Shown here in pieces: positions 9,087-17,950 of a DNA stretch of 64,000 bases. A model generated the notes under the pieces. The model was not told the DNA's origin and did not search any database. It was given only the letters and a program-made list of their open reading frames with translations. The stretch comes from Candidatus Hadarchaeota archaeon (GTDB lineage: Archaea > CAYQAE01 > CAYVLA01). The DNA is taken from NCBI GenBank assembly GCA_964621445.1, contig CAZUNO010000009.1, positions 35,263 through 99,262 of the forward strand, read 5' to 3'. Numbering within the stretch: the stretch's first letter is position 1; each line of letters begins with the position of its first letter. A program made the position numbers and the translations under genes.

Positions 9087-10609
9087 TATGAAAGAGCACC
9101 TCCCATCAACATGCCCACCCTCTCCCTGGTTGCCCCATCTCTATCCAGTATCTCCACTATTTGCCCGTCGGAGATTACCGCTATCCTGTCACTCAGCGTG
9201 AATATCTCATCGAGGTCCTCCGAATCCAGGAACACCGATGCCCCTCTACCTGCCTCGTTCAGAAGCCGCTTCCTGATATCGCTGGCCGCCTTGACATCCA
9301 AACCGGAGGTAGGATGGGAGGCGATTATCAACCTAGGTTCTCTCGAGGTCTCCCTAGCCAGTATCAATCGTTGGATATTCCCCCCGGACAATTTCTTCAC
9401 CGGCGTACCCGTGGAGGGAGTAAAAATGGAATATTCATCGATCATCTCCCTTGCAAAGTCCTCGATCTCCTCTCGGTTGAGCATGATCCCGCTGGAGAAA
9501 GGTTCTTGCCAGTACTTCCTTAGGACAAGATTTTCAGCGACGCTCATCCCCTCCACCACGCCGAACTCAACCCTGTCCTCTGGTATGTAGGCAACTCCCA
9601 GCGATACGATACGCCTGGGATTAGCGTTGGTTACATCCTGGCCATCGATCACTACAGTTCCAGAAACCGAGGGCCGGAGGCCGGTTATTGCCTCCACCAG
9701 CTCCCTCTGACCGTTCCCTGCTACTCCAGCTACACCCAGTATTTCGCCCGCGTGAACCTCGAATGAAACGTCACTGACGGCCTCATACCCGCGGTCCCCC
9801 AAAACCGAGAAGTTTTCCACCTTCATAACCTCCTTGGCCTCAACGGTTCCCATTCTCTTGGCCGGCTGCGAGAGGTGTTCACCGACCATCATCCTGGCCA
9901 GCTCCTCCCTGCTGGTTTCCTCTATATCCTTGGAGCCGACCAGCTTTCCGTTCCTGAGTACGGTTACCCAGTCGGCGACGGACATGACCTCGTTCAGCTT
10001 GTGGGTAATGAATATCAGAGCTTTACCCCTCTCGGCCATTAGCCTGAGAGCCGAGAACAGGTCCCTGGACTCGATGGGTGTCAGAACCGAGGTCGGCTCG
10101 TCCAGTATTATCATTCTGGCCCCTGAAAATAGAGCCTTTAGTATCTCTATGGTCTTCTTCTCTCCCGCCGATAACTGCCATACCTCGGCCTCGGGATCCA
10201 CTTTGAGACCGTAGACATCGGAGTATTTATCCACCCAATCCTTTACCTGATCCTCCGGGAAGAGCAGGCTGCCTTCAGGGAGCCCCAACGAAATGTTTTC
10301 TGCAACCGAACTAGGATTTACCAACATGAAGTGTTGGTGAACCATCCCAACACCCAGGTCCCTGGCATCCATTGGGGACCGTATATTGACCTTTTCCCCC
10401 TGGATGCGTATCTCGCCCGAATCCTGGCGGTAAATGCCGTATAATATATTCACCAGCGTGGTCTTTCCCGCCCCGTTCTCCCCCAGAAGAGCATGAATCT
10501 CCCCGGCCTTCACGGTGAGGTCTATGCCATCGTTGGCCACCACCCCAGGGAAGCTCTTGGTAATTCCCTTGGCCTCCAATACGATATCGCCATTTTCAGG
10601 CTGAGGCAA
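9086..10609 (-). CDS. ABC transporter ATP-binding protein, two ATPase domains (CUT2/nucleoside type)
   Basis: GENGAGKTT, LDEPTSVL, GVAGNGQREL, LSGGNIQR; start reassigned to TTG 10609 because a promoter lies inside the longer ORF. Confidence 0.88.
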   Translation of the reverse strand: MPQPENGDIVLEAKGITKSFPGVVANDGIDLTVKAGEIHALLGENGAGKTTLVNILYGIYRQDSGEIRIQGEKVNIRSPMDARDLGVGMVHQHFMLVNPSSVAENISLGLPEGSLLFPEDQVKDWVDKYSDVYGLKVDPEAEVWQLSAGEKKTIEILKALFSGARMIILDEPTSVLTPIESRDLFSALRLMAERGKALIFITHKLNEVMSVADWVTVLRNGKLVGSKDIEETSREELARMMVGEHLSQPAKRMGTVEAKEVMKVENFSVLGDRGYEAVSDVSFEVHAGEILGVAGVAGNGQRELVEAITGLRPSVSGTVVIDGQDVTNANPRRIVSLGVAYIPEDRVEFGVVEGMSVAENLVLRKYWQEPFSSGIMLNREEIEDFAREMIDEYSIFTPSTGTPVKKLSGGNIQRLILARETSREPRLIIASHPTSGLDVKAASDIRKRLLNEAGRGASVFLDSEDLDEIFTLSDRIAVISDGQIVEILDRDGATRERVGMLMGGALS

Positions 10610-10716
10610 CGAAAGAGATGTTCCCGTCCTCTCCCCACTGAGAACTCTCAGAAAGGACCTCGCCTGGGACCCAAATGACGACAGGGAACCTTGTCCGGGG
10701 ATACTCCCACCTGGAC
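10610..10716 (-). promoter_or_regulatory. Structured 5' leader (three-way junction) of the BMP ABC operon
   Basis: GUUCCC/GGGAAC, UCGUC/GGCGA and GUCCUUUC/GAGAGGAC stems, with G-U pairs valid only on the mRNA strand; BRE-TATA GAAAAGTCTTTTAT at 10749-10736. Confidence 0.45.
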
Positions 10717-10792
10717 TGGGCCTCTCGGAGATGGGATAAAAGACTTTTCTAGATTTGGAAGTGCCGCCCGCACAGACCCCGAGGCATATCAA

Positions 10793-13700
10793 TCAGGACC
10801 CGCTCTTGAGCTGTTCCCGGGCCAAAAATGTGGCCGATAACGAGATTATCCAGAGCCCCAGGCCCAGCAATCCATTCTCAGTTATTTGGAATCCCCTGAA
10901 ATCCCTTCGGTATTGAAGATCTGTGTCAGCGTCAAAGATACCGTTCGAATTGGTATCCAGGACGATGTCATAGGAACCGAGCTCCAGCCGGTTTTCCCAA
11001 ACCGGATAGGTGGAAGAACCGGACGGAGCCACTATTTCATCATAGCCATCGGTGGAAATGTCCACCAGCGGTTCACCACTCCTCGCTTTCCCGTCTCTAA
11101 CCACGCGAAACCGGAGCGAATAGTCCCTGGGGGATACCACCGTAACGTAAACGGTATCGGTGATGGAGTAATCGACCTTCTCCCCGCCCCGCTCATCCGA
11201 TGCAAAAAATCGGATATCGGGGGTTGCCGCTAGGGAGATGGCAAGTGACTCGTTAACGCTAACCCACCTTTCCAACCGTTGATAGCCGGTCTTGTTAATC
11301 GATACCCGCCATTCTCCCTCCTCAAGCCATATATCCAACGGGAATTCCTCTACCAGGTATTCTTCTCGACCCACACAAACCGAGAGGTCGGCCAGGGGAA
11401 CTAGATTGACAGCGTCCCTAACAACGATCGATACCTGGTGCATCTCCTTCTGGCTGCTTATACCGGCGGTTGTATTTTGGGAACTGGAATCTCCGTCATC
11501 ATCCATAACCTCCAACATAATCTCATATTTTCCGGGCCCGGAATATGTATGATTGACCACCATTCCGGTCCCCGTCGTACCGTCCCCGAAGGCCCAGCGG
11601 TAGGTAACCACCCTGCCGTCCACGTCATAGGACCATGACCCGTCAAAGGTCACCGGTTCTCCCACAGAGCCCGAGTAGGGTCCGTGTGGATCGGCTCTCG
11701 GCAGGCGGTTCGAAGGCCTGATCTCTATGAAACCATTCTGGACATGATTATCCCGGGGATCTCTTTCCCAGGCAAGTACCTCTGCTCTGGCAGCTATGGT
11801 CCTCTCACCCATACTGGCTTCCGAGGTATCCCAAGTAAATTCATAAATTCTCTCGGTTCCCGAATCCAGCTCCGCCTCGAATGAGCCCACAACCTCCTCT
11901 CCCCATTCAATCCAAATTGACATATTCTGATCCGTTGACCCCTTGTTCTCGATACCAATGCTGATCTCCACGTCCTTTCCCCTGTGAACGCTTCTGGTTC
12001 CCGGGAGAACAGAATTTACCCTTATATCAGGCGCTGCCTCAACCTCCACCAATCCCCACTCCAGGTAATTATCTCCAACTGAGGTTTCTCCCTCCAGAGG
12101 TTCAAGAACCAGGCAGAGCATCGCTTTTCCTGCCTCGATGTCCGATGTGTTCCACATAAAACTGGTATTCACCGTGGACCCGGAAGATATGGAGAAAATC
12201 TTCTCGGTATCTCTGCTGGAATTAAATTCGAGGGCCAGAACTCCCTGTTGAGTCGAGCCTCCATAATTCTTGATTTTGACCCAAACGTCAACCCTCTGCC
12301 CCTGAACTGGAGAATCGTTGGAGATGGTTACCTCTAGAATTCCTAGGTCCGGCCTCGGAAGCACCTCAAAGCTGGATTGGCTCTCCGTATCCGTTCCGTC
12401 CGCCATCCCATTCCTATTGAGGTCCAACCAGGCCCTGTAAAGGCCCTCTTCGCCTATATCTCCCACTGGCGTGCAGGAAATACGCCCTTCCCCGTCCGCA
12501 GTTATCTCCTTCTCCAGGGAGGCAAGGGTTGGGTCCATATCCTGATCGGAATGCCCGATATAGGCGTCAAAGGTGATGTTTGACGGGAAGCCGCTGCCGG
12601 AGATATGTATGGTGTCCCCTGGAAAGAAGTGATCTCTCTCGCGGCCTAACTCGTCACAGAAGTCAAGCTTCATCTCAGGAGGATCGTCTCCCAGCCAGAA
12701 ATAGACGTAACAGGATGGCGGCCCGGTGTAGTCCCCTCTCACCTGGGCACCCACGACATGGTAACAACCGCTTCCCTGGCCCTGAGGCAGGAACTGTATG
12801 TCGAATTCTCCTTCAGACGACACCTCGCCGGCCTTTACAAACAGGTCATCCCAGATTATCTTTACGCTGGCGTTGGGTGGAAATCCCTGACCCACGACAT
12901 TTACCGTTGAACCCGGCAAAGCGTTTTCCGGTTCCAGATACATCTCCATCGGCCATTGGGAAACTTCAAATGTCCGATTTACGTGATCCAAGCCCGGGAA
13001 CCCGGTAGATATGCTTAGCTCATGAGCTCCCAGGTCGATGGTCCTATTCAATTGATAATCCATCTGGAAGCAACCCTCAACATCTATCACTCCACCTCCG
13101 ACCTTCACCCCGTCCACCAGTGCAAAATACACCGATTCCGGGGGGTAATTACAGCCAATTACGGTTATCAACCCTCCCGGGTACTGATGGTCGGAAACTA
13201 CTCCCGTTTCTGCCCTCCACTGGGTTATGTTTAGTCTGTAATTTCTAGTCGGGGGTCCCGAATAACCATCGACGGTAAAGGTCAAATCATGGAGACCTAA
13301 TGCAATATCCCTTGATAGAACAATGGATATGGTAAAGTTACCATCCCCGCTGGTAATTCCGGAAAATCTCTTTGAGGAATCCATATAGACCTCGAAGTCC
13401 GCTGCGGGTGGGAACTGGCTTCCGGTTAAGGTCAGATTGGAGCCTGGATGAATATCGGATGGCCGGATATCTACCAATAGGGGCCATTGGGTTAGATTGA
13501 AGGAGAGTTCCGCCTTGGGAGGACCTGTGAACTGGGGTGTCACCCCTGAGATCGTATGTTCCCCCAGAGTGGCGTTATTCCTGAACTCATGGACAAAGCT
13601 GAACCTCCCACGAGAACTCGTGTTCCCTGATCCTATTTCCTCATTATCAAGGCTGACCACAAACCGGGTATTAGGAGGGAAGAATCTGCCTTTCACGGTG

Positions 13701-14596
13701 ACGTTGCTGCCGGGGTGTCGATGAATTGGCTCCAGGGTGATCTCACAGGGCCATTGAATTACCTCAAAATCAATGTAGGTCCTCGGGGGACCGGTGTATT
13801 TCGTTGCGGTAATCTCCAGGACATGATTTCCCGTGGATATGTGTGGCGAAATCTGATAATTCCTGGAGAATTCTCCCCGTGCATCGGACGTGCCCACCCG
13901 AACCGAAGCTCCGTCGAGCAATATCTCGTATCTCGATAGGGGAGGTAGATGGGATCCGGATATGGACACGAAGGCGCCTGGATATGGGTCTGAGGGGTCA
14001 ATTACCAATTCCGGCTCCCACTGGTCTACCTTTAGCACCTCAGCTGCCGATGGGGGACCCGCAAACATGGGAGCCTTTCCAGTGACCTCGCAATCGCCAA
14101 CCAGCATTTGTTTTGGTACCGAGTAAAGACGGCAAAAGGTACCATTCTCATCGGTAGCACCCTCTAGAGTGGCGTTACCACAGATATCCACTCTATAGAA
14201 AGCATTCGGCGGGTAGCCCCGTCCGCAGATCGTCAGGTCCTGGCCTGGTTTGAGAATACTTGGGCTCAGATTCATCGCCGCGGGCCATTGAACGACCCGT
14301 ATCTCCGTTGAGGCGTTTATTGACCCCGAAACGGCCGTGAGGTTGTGCAATCCTATTGTTGTCTGCCTGGGAAGGGTCATCTTTCGGTGAAATGTACCGC
14401 CAGGATAGCTAGTGTCGCTAGCCACGCTCTCATTATCTATGAAAATCTCGAAATCTGCTGAGCCGGGAAACCCGGAACCGCTCACGGTAATCCTCGTACC
14501 CGGATGTGGTGATTCCTCCTCGACCACCACCGTGGGAGATGCTAGTACCCCACAAATAGCGGAAATCATGCATAGGAAGACCGGGATGGCGATCAT
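10793..14596 (-). CDS. Large surface protein: about 8 IPT/Ig-like repeats, 2 CARDB, PKD, PEGA-like domain, C-terminal TM anchor
   Basis: Signal peptide from ATG 14596; repeats PGxxxxxxGxxFPP...QW; PDLGILEV/PDIRVNSV CARDB; PKD FDGSWSYDVDG..YRWAFGDG; DxNxNG loops. Confidence 0.8.
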   Translation of the reverse strand: MIAIPVFLCMISAICGVLASPTVVVEEESPHPGTRITVSGSGFPGSADFEIFIDNESVASDTSYPGGTFHRKMTLPRQTTIGLHNLTAVSGSINASTEIRVVQWPAAMNLSPSILKPGQDLTICGRGYPPNAFYRVDICGNATLEGATDENGTFCRLYSVPKQMLVGDCEVTGKAPMFAGPPSAAEVLKVDQWEPELVIDPSDPYPGAFVSISGSHLPPLSRYEILLDGASVRVGTSDARGEFSRNYQISPHISTGNHVLEITATKYTGPPRTYIDFEVIQWPCEITLEPIHRHPGSNVTVKGRFFPPNTRFVVSLDNEEIGSGNTSSRGRFSFVHEFRNNATLGEHTISGVTPQFTGPPKAELSFNLTQWPLLVDIRPSDIHPGSNLTLTGSQFPPAADFEVYMDSSKRFSGITSGDGNFTISIVLSRDIALGLHDLTFTVDGYSGPPTRNYRLNITQWRAETGVVSDHQYPGGLITVIGCNYPPESVYFALVDGVKVGGGVIDVEGCFQMDYQLNRTIDLGAHELSISTGFPGLDHVNRTFEVSQWPMEMYLEPENALPGSTVNVVGQGFPPNASVKIIWDDLFVKAGEVSSEGEFDIQFLPQGQGSGCYHVVGAQVRGDYTGPPSCYVYFWLGDDPPEMKLDFCDELGRERDHFFPGDTIHISGSGFPSNITFDAYIGHSDQDMDPTLASLEKEITADGEGRISCTPVGDIGEEGLYRAWLDLNRNGMADGTDTESQSSFEVLPRPDLGILEVTISNDSPVQGQRVDVWVKIKNYGGSTQQGVLALEFNSSRDTEKIFSISSGSTVNTSFMWNTSDIEAGKAMLCLVLEPLEGETSVGDNYLEWGLVEVEAAPDIRVNSVLPGTRSVHRGKDVEISIGIENKGSTDQNMSIWIEWGEEVVGSFEAELDSGTERIYEFTWDTSEASMGERTIAARAEVLAWERDPRDNHVQNGFIEIRPSNRLPRADPHGPYSGSVGEPVTFDGSWSYDVDGRVVTYRWAFGDGTTGTGMVVNHTYSGPGKYEIMLEVMDDDGDSSSQNTTAGISSQKEMHQVSIVVRDAVNLVPLADLSVCVGREEYLVEEFPLDIWLEEGEWRVSINKTGYQRLERWVSVNESLAISLAATPDIRFFASDERGGEKVDYSITDTVYVTVVSPRDYSLRFRVVRDGKARSGEPLVDISTDGYDEIVAPSGSSTYPVWENRLELGSYDIVLDTNSNGIFDADTDLQYRRDFRGFQITENGLLGLGLWIISLSATFLAREQLKSGS

Positions 14597-14673
14597 CTTA
14601 TTCCTTATGCCAAACACCCCGACAGTAACTCCGCGATTCAGATAAGTATGTTTCGAAACCCAATGCGTCAAGT

Positions 14674-15459
14674 TTAGGGGAAGATGAACAGGACAAAAAC
14701 AACATACAGGCAGCATAGGGAACAGATCATCAAGTCGCCTCTACCGAAATGGCTTTTTCTCAGATAGGTCCTTTTTCGTGACGAACCAAATCCCCGGCCT
14801 TCCATGGAAATTGAAATTTGGTCCACCCTTGTTAGCGCCGACACAAGCAAGGGGTACAACGTGTATCGGGCAACTCTCAGTAAGGTTCTTGGCCCCGGCT
14901 TATCTATCTTCAGACCCCTTGCGATCTGGGCCGTCCTCACCGTATTGGCCTCGATCTGGAAAAGTGGTATAAACCGGAGCGCAAGTATCAGGGTGAACCC
15001 ATATCGATATGGTATGCCTCTTTCCATCAGCGAGTAAGCCATTATTGAGGGATCGGTGGTTCCCACAAATACCAGGCTCGACACTATTATTATCATCAGC
15101 CTCAAGGCTATTCTGGCCCCGGTGGTGATGCCCCCGGTGGTGATAACCAGGGGACCAAGGGGTCCCAGGTCAAGACCAATCAGAGGGCCGCCGCTCCTGT
15201 TGAACAGGGCCTGGAGCAGGAACAAAACAAGACAGAGACCGGTAATGGCCCTTATCCTCCGCATTCCGGCCATAAAACCCATTCCCGATGCCCCCACCAG
15301 TCCCAGAGTAATGAGGATAGTTAGGATCATTACCAGCAAACTGGTCGAAAACAGGGCTATCAGGCAGAAAGAGATTAGCATGACTATCTTGGAAAGAGGG
15401 TCCATTTTATGCAGAAACGAATGACCTGGAACATATCCAATTCTTCTCAATTTTTCCAC
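14674..15459 (-). CDS. ecfT: ECF transporter transmembrane component T (CbiQ-like)
   Basis: SFLHKMDPLSK, LALRFIP, AQIARG and SMEGRGF conserved Arg motifs. Confidence 0.92.
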   Translation of the reverse strand: MEKLRRIGYVPGHSFLHKMDPLSKIVMLISFCLIALFSTSLLVMILTILITLGLVGASGMGFMAGMRRIRAITGLCLVLFLLQALFNRSGGPLIGLDLGPLGPLVITTGGITTGARIALRLMIIIVSSLVFVGTTDPSIMAYSLMERGIPYRYGFTLILALRFIPLFQIEANTVRTAQIARGLKIDKPGPRTLLRVARYTLYPLLVSALTRVDQISISMEGRGFGSSRKRTYLRKSHFGRGDLMICSLCCLYVVFVLFIFP

Positions 15460-16940
15460 CTGGTGGGCAGGTAATAATCCTCGCCCGACCGTTCAAGGTA
15501 TCGGAAGACATCATTCGGCCTTCCTTCCCGGACTATCCTCCCTCGTCTCAGGAAAACTAATCTGCTGCAATATCGGTCAACGAAATTGGGGTCGTGGGTG
15601 GTGATCACGCAACTGGAACCGTCCTCAACTCGGGGTATTACTACCTCCATGATCCTCTCCACGTTATCCATGTCCTGTCCTATGAAAGGTTCATCCAGGA
15701 GGTATAGTTTGGGCCTGTAAACGGCCACCGAAGCCACATTAACCCTTCTCTTCTCCCCCGTGCTGAGGCTGTAGGGTGACTCATCGGCGTACTTGACGAG
15801 ATGTAGGGACTCCAGCATCTCACCAGTCCCTCGCTCAATCTCCCGATTCTTCATACCGAAGTTACGGGGGCCAAACTCCACCTCGCGTCTAACCGTCATC
15901 TCAACTATCTGGTGGGTTGGGTTCTGGAAGATAATTCCCACATCCCGTGATACCTCGGAGGTTGGCCCCACCATATTGCCGTCAATCAGCACCTCTCCCT
16001 GGTCAAGTTCCAGAAGTCCAACCAAACAGGCGAGGAGAGTGGTCTTTCCTGAACCATTATCACCCATGAGACCGATGATTTCCCCCCGATTTACCTCCAA
16101 GTCTATTCCCTTCAGCACCTTCTTGCCCCCTAAACTTATGCAAGCATTTCTAGTCACCGCTAGAGGTGCGGGCCCGATTTCTCCCTCTACACCAACATCC
16201 CTCGGGTGATATTCTCTAACATGGGATGGAATGGAATGAGATACGTTGATGTGCCCTTCGGATAATTTTCCCACCTTCATTTTCCTCGGCCCCAACCAGT
16301 CATATCGATGCTCAATGAGCACTATGGTAACTCCTCTGGCGTTAAGGGAATCCAACACTACTCTAAGTTCTCTCTTTGATGGAGGATCCAGGCTGGAGGT
16401 TGGTTCATCTAAAATCAGGATCTCTGGCTCCAGGGCCAGGATGGAGGCAATGGCAACCTTCTGCTTCTCACCTCCTGATAACTCAGCTATGTTCCTGGTT
16501 ATCAGATGATCCCCCTTTACCGAACGCAGTGCCCACTCAATCCGCTGTCTCATATCTGCCTCTTTCATCCCCATGTTTTCTGGGCCAAAGGCAACCTCAT
16601 CCTCCACTCTCAGTGTAACTATTTGAGAATCCGGGTCCTGTTGGACTAGACCGATAACCGTGACCAGGTCCTCCCTATCACGCGAGAAAACGCTCTCCCC
16701 ATCGATTCTCACATCGCCCGCCAGGTGCCCATCATCCGGGCCGAGGAAGCCCGTCGCCAGTTTTGCCAGAGTACTCTTGCCGCTACCGCTTTCGCCGGTT
16801 ATTAGTATGAAATCCCCACCCCCCACCTCGAGATTCATGTTTTTGATTACCGGTTCGGCACTTCCCGGATATCTAAAGGTGAGGTCTTTGAAATCTAACA
16901 ATCTCAGATCAGCTCTATGAAGGAGATCTTGCGGACCCAA
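15447..16940 (-). CDS. ecfA: ECF transporter fused double ATPase (EcfA-EcfA')
   Basis: Two Walker A motifs (GESGSGKST, GDNGSGKTT); QQDPDSQ/FQNPTHQ Q-loops; LSGGEKQK and LSTGEKRR; start may be slightly downstream. Confidence 0.92.
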   Translation of the reverse strand: MGPQDLLHRADLRLLDFKDLTFRYPGSAEPVIKNMNLEVGGGDFILITGESGSGKSTLAKLATGFLGPDDGHLAGDVRIDGESVFSRDREDLVTVIGLVQQDPDSQIVTLRVEDEVAFGPENMGMKEADMRQRIEWALRSVKGDHLITRNIAELSGGEKQKVAIASILALEPEILILDEPTSSLDPPSKRELRVVLDSLNARGVTIVLIEHRYDWLGPRKMKVGKLSEGHINVSHSIPSHVREYHPRDVGVEGEIGPAPLAVTRNACISLGGKKVLKGIDLEVNRGEIIGLMGDNGSGKTTLLACLVGLLELDQGEVLIDGNMVGPTSEVSRDVGIIFQNPTHQIVEMTVRREVEFGPRNFGMKNREIERGTGEMLESLHLVKYADESPYSLSTGEKRRVNVASVAVYRPKLYLLDEPFIGQDMDNVERIMEVVIPRVEDGSSCVITTHDPNFVDRYCSRLVFLRRGRIVREGRPNDVFRYLERSGEDYYLPTRWKN

Positions 16941-17917
16941 AGTGATCCATCAAGGTTATCTGCAACTAAACTAAATTCGCCCTCTTCCTCCTCCACAATT
17001 ATTGTTTTATCATTTCTCACCCGTTTCAGTTCAAGCTTCACCTTATATCCATCCTCAGCAACCAGCCTCACTCCAGTTGCATTGGGTTTTGGAATGGCCT
17101 CCTCAATTACCAGAGCCAGGGGGACCCCCGTGTAGTTACGAGGTTCAAGGTGGACGTAAGATCCCTCCAACTCCGCTTCAACGGTAATTACATCATCCCT
17201 GAAATCTTCCTCCTTGTAGCTATATGGGTTCTCGACCAGACCCCTTACCTCTATGCCCTGCCCAACACCCCAGGAGTAAACGGTGGAGTAATACCAAATT
17301 GAACCCGCTAGCAAAAGTACCACTACGATGTACCCGATGGCAGCCACCCCTTTTGAGACTTCATCCCGGTCAGGGACGGTAACTATCCCCGAATGGATAA
17401 GGGAAGCTAGCACCCCTTTGGCAAAATAACCCGCGAACAACACCCCGCTGGCAAATGCCAGGAGGGTTATTCCCAATATAAAGTAGATAGGTACCCCGGA
17501 AAGAAATAGCAGCTGAAAAACGAAGACATTTGATGCCGTGCTCAACCCACCTGACAACATCATGGTGAATCCCTGATTTGATTTTGATCTTAGCATCAGG
17601 ACATCAACTATAAGACCCTCCACCAGGGATACGAGAACGACTATCACCCCGTGAACGCTTCCCATAAGAAGCTCAATAACACCCTTGGAAAGGCCGGTCA
17701 GAGTGCCAGAACCATTTCTCCTGGTGGTCCCCCTGGCCAATAGTATCCAGAAAACATGGAGACCGGCCAGAAACTGGCCGGCACCGAAGGGCGTTCCCAC
17801 GAAATTGTTTACCAGGTTGGCCAAATAACCTATGTAGGTGCTTGAGACCCCTCCCAGGCCACTAATCACCGCTATGGTCACAAGATCTCTGGTAGAGAAA
17901 CTGGAAGGTAGCTTCAT
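16904..17917 (-). CDS. ECF S component (YkoE-like) fused to an extracellular Oxidored_molyb-like domain
   Basis: FSTRDLVTIAVISG start, about 6 TM plus 1 extra TM; C-terminal VRGLVENP..YTGVPL..A.DGY..WVRKISFIE sulfite-oxidase-fold pattern. Confidence 0.75.
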   Translation of the reverse strand: MKLPSSFSTRDLVTIAVISGLGGVSSTYIGYLANLVNNFVGTPFGAGQFLAGLHVFWILLARGTTRRNGSGTLTGLSKGVIELLMGSVHGVIVVLVSLVEGLIVDVLMLRSKSNQGFTMMLSGGLSTASNVFVFQLLFLSGVPIYFILGITLLAFASGVLFAGYFAKGVLASLIHSGIVTVPDRDEVSKGVAAIGYIVVVLLLAGSIWYYSTVYSWGVGQGIEVRGLVENPYSYKEEDFRDDVITVEAELEGSYVHLEPRNYTGVPLALVIEEAIPKPNATGVRLVAEDGYKVKLELKRVRNDKTIIVEEEEGEFSLVADNLDGSLWVRKISFIELI

Positions 17918-17950
17918 GCTGAATCGCTCCCGTCCGGGTTCAACCGCTCA

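Noticed and set aside
10610-10792. 61-aa N-terminal extension of the ABC ATPase in the ORF track
   Set aside because: Non-protein-like composition and contains a BRE-TATA; better read as promoter plus leader
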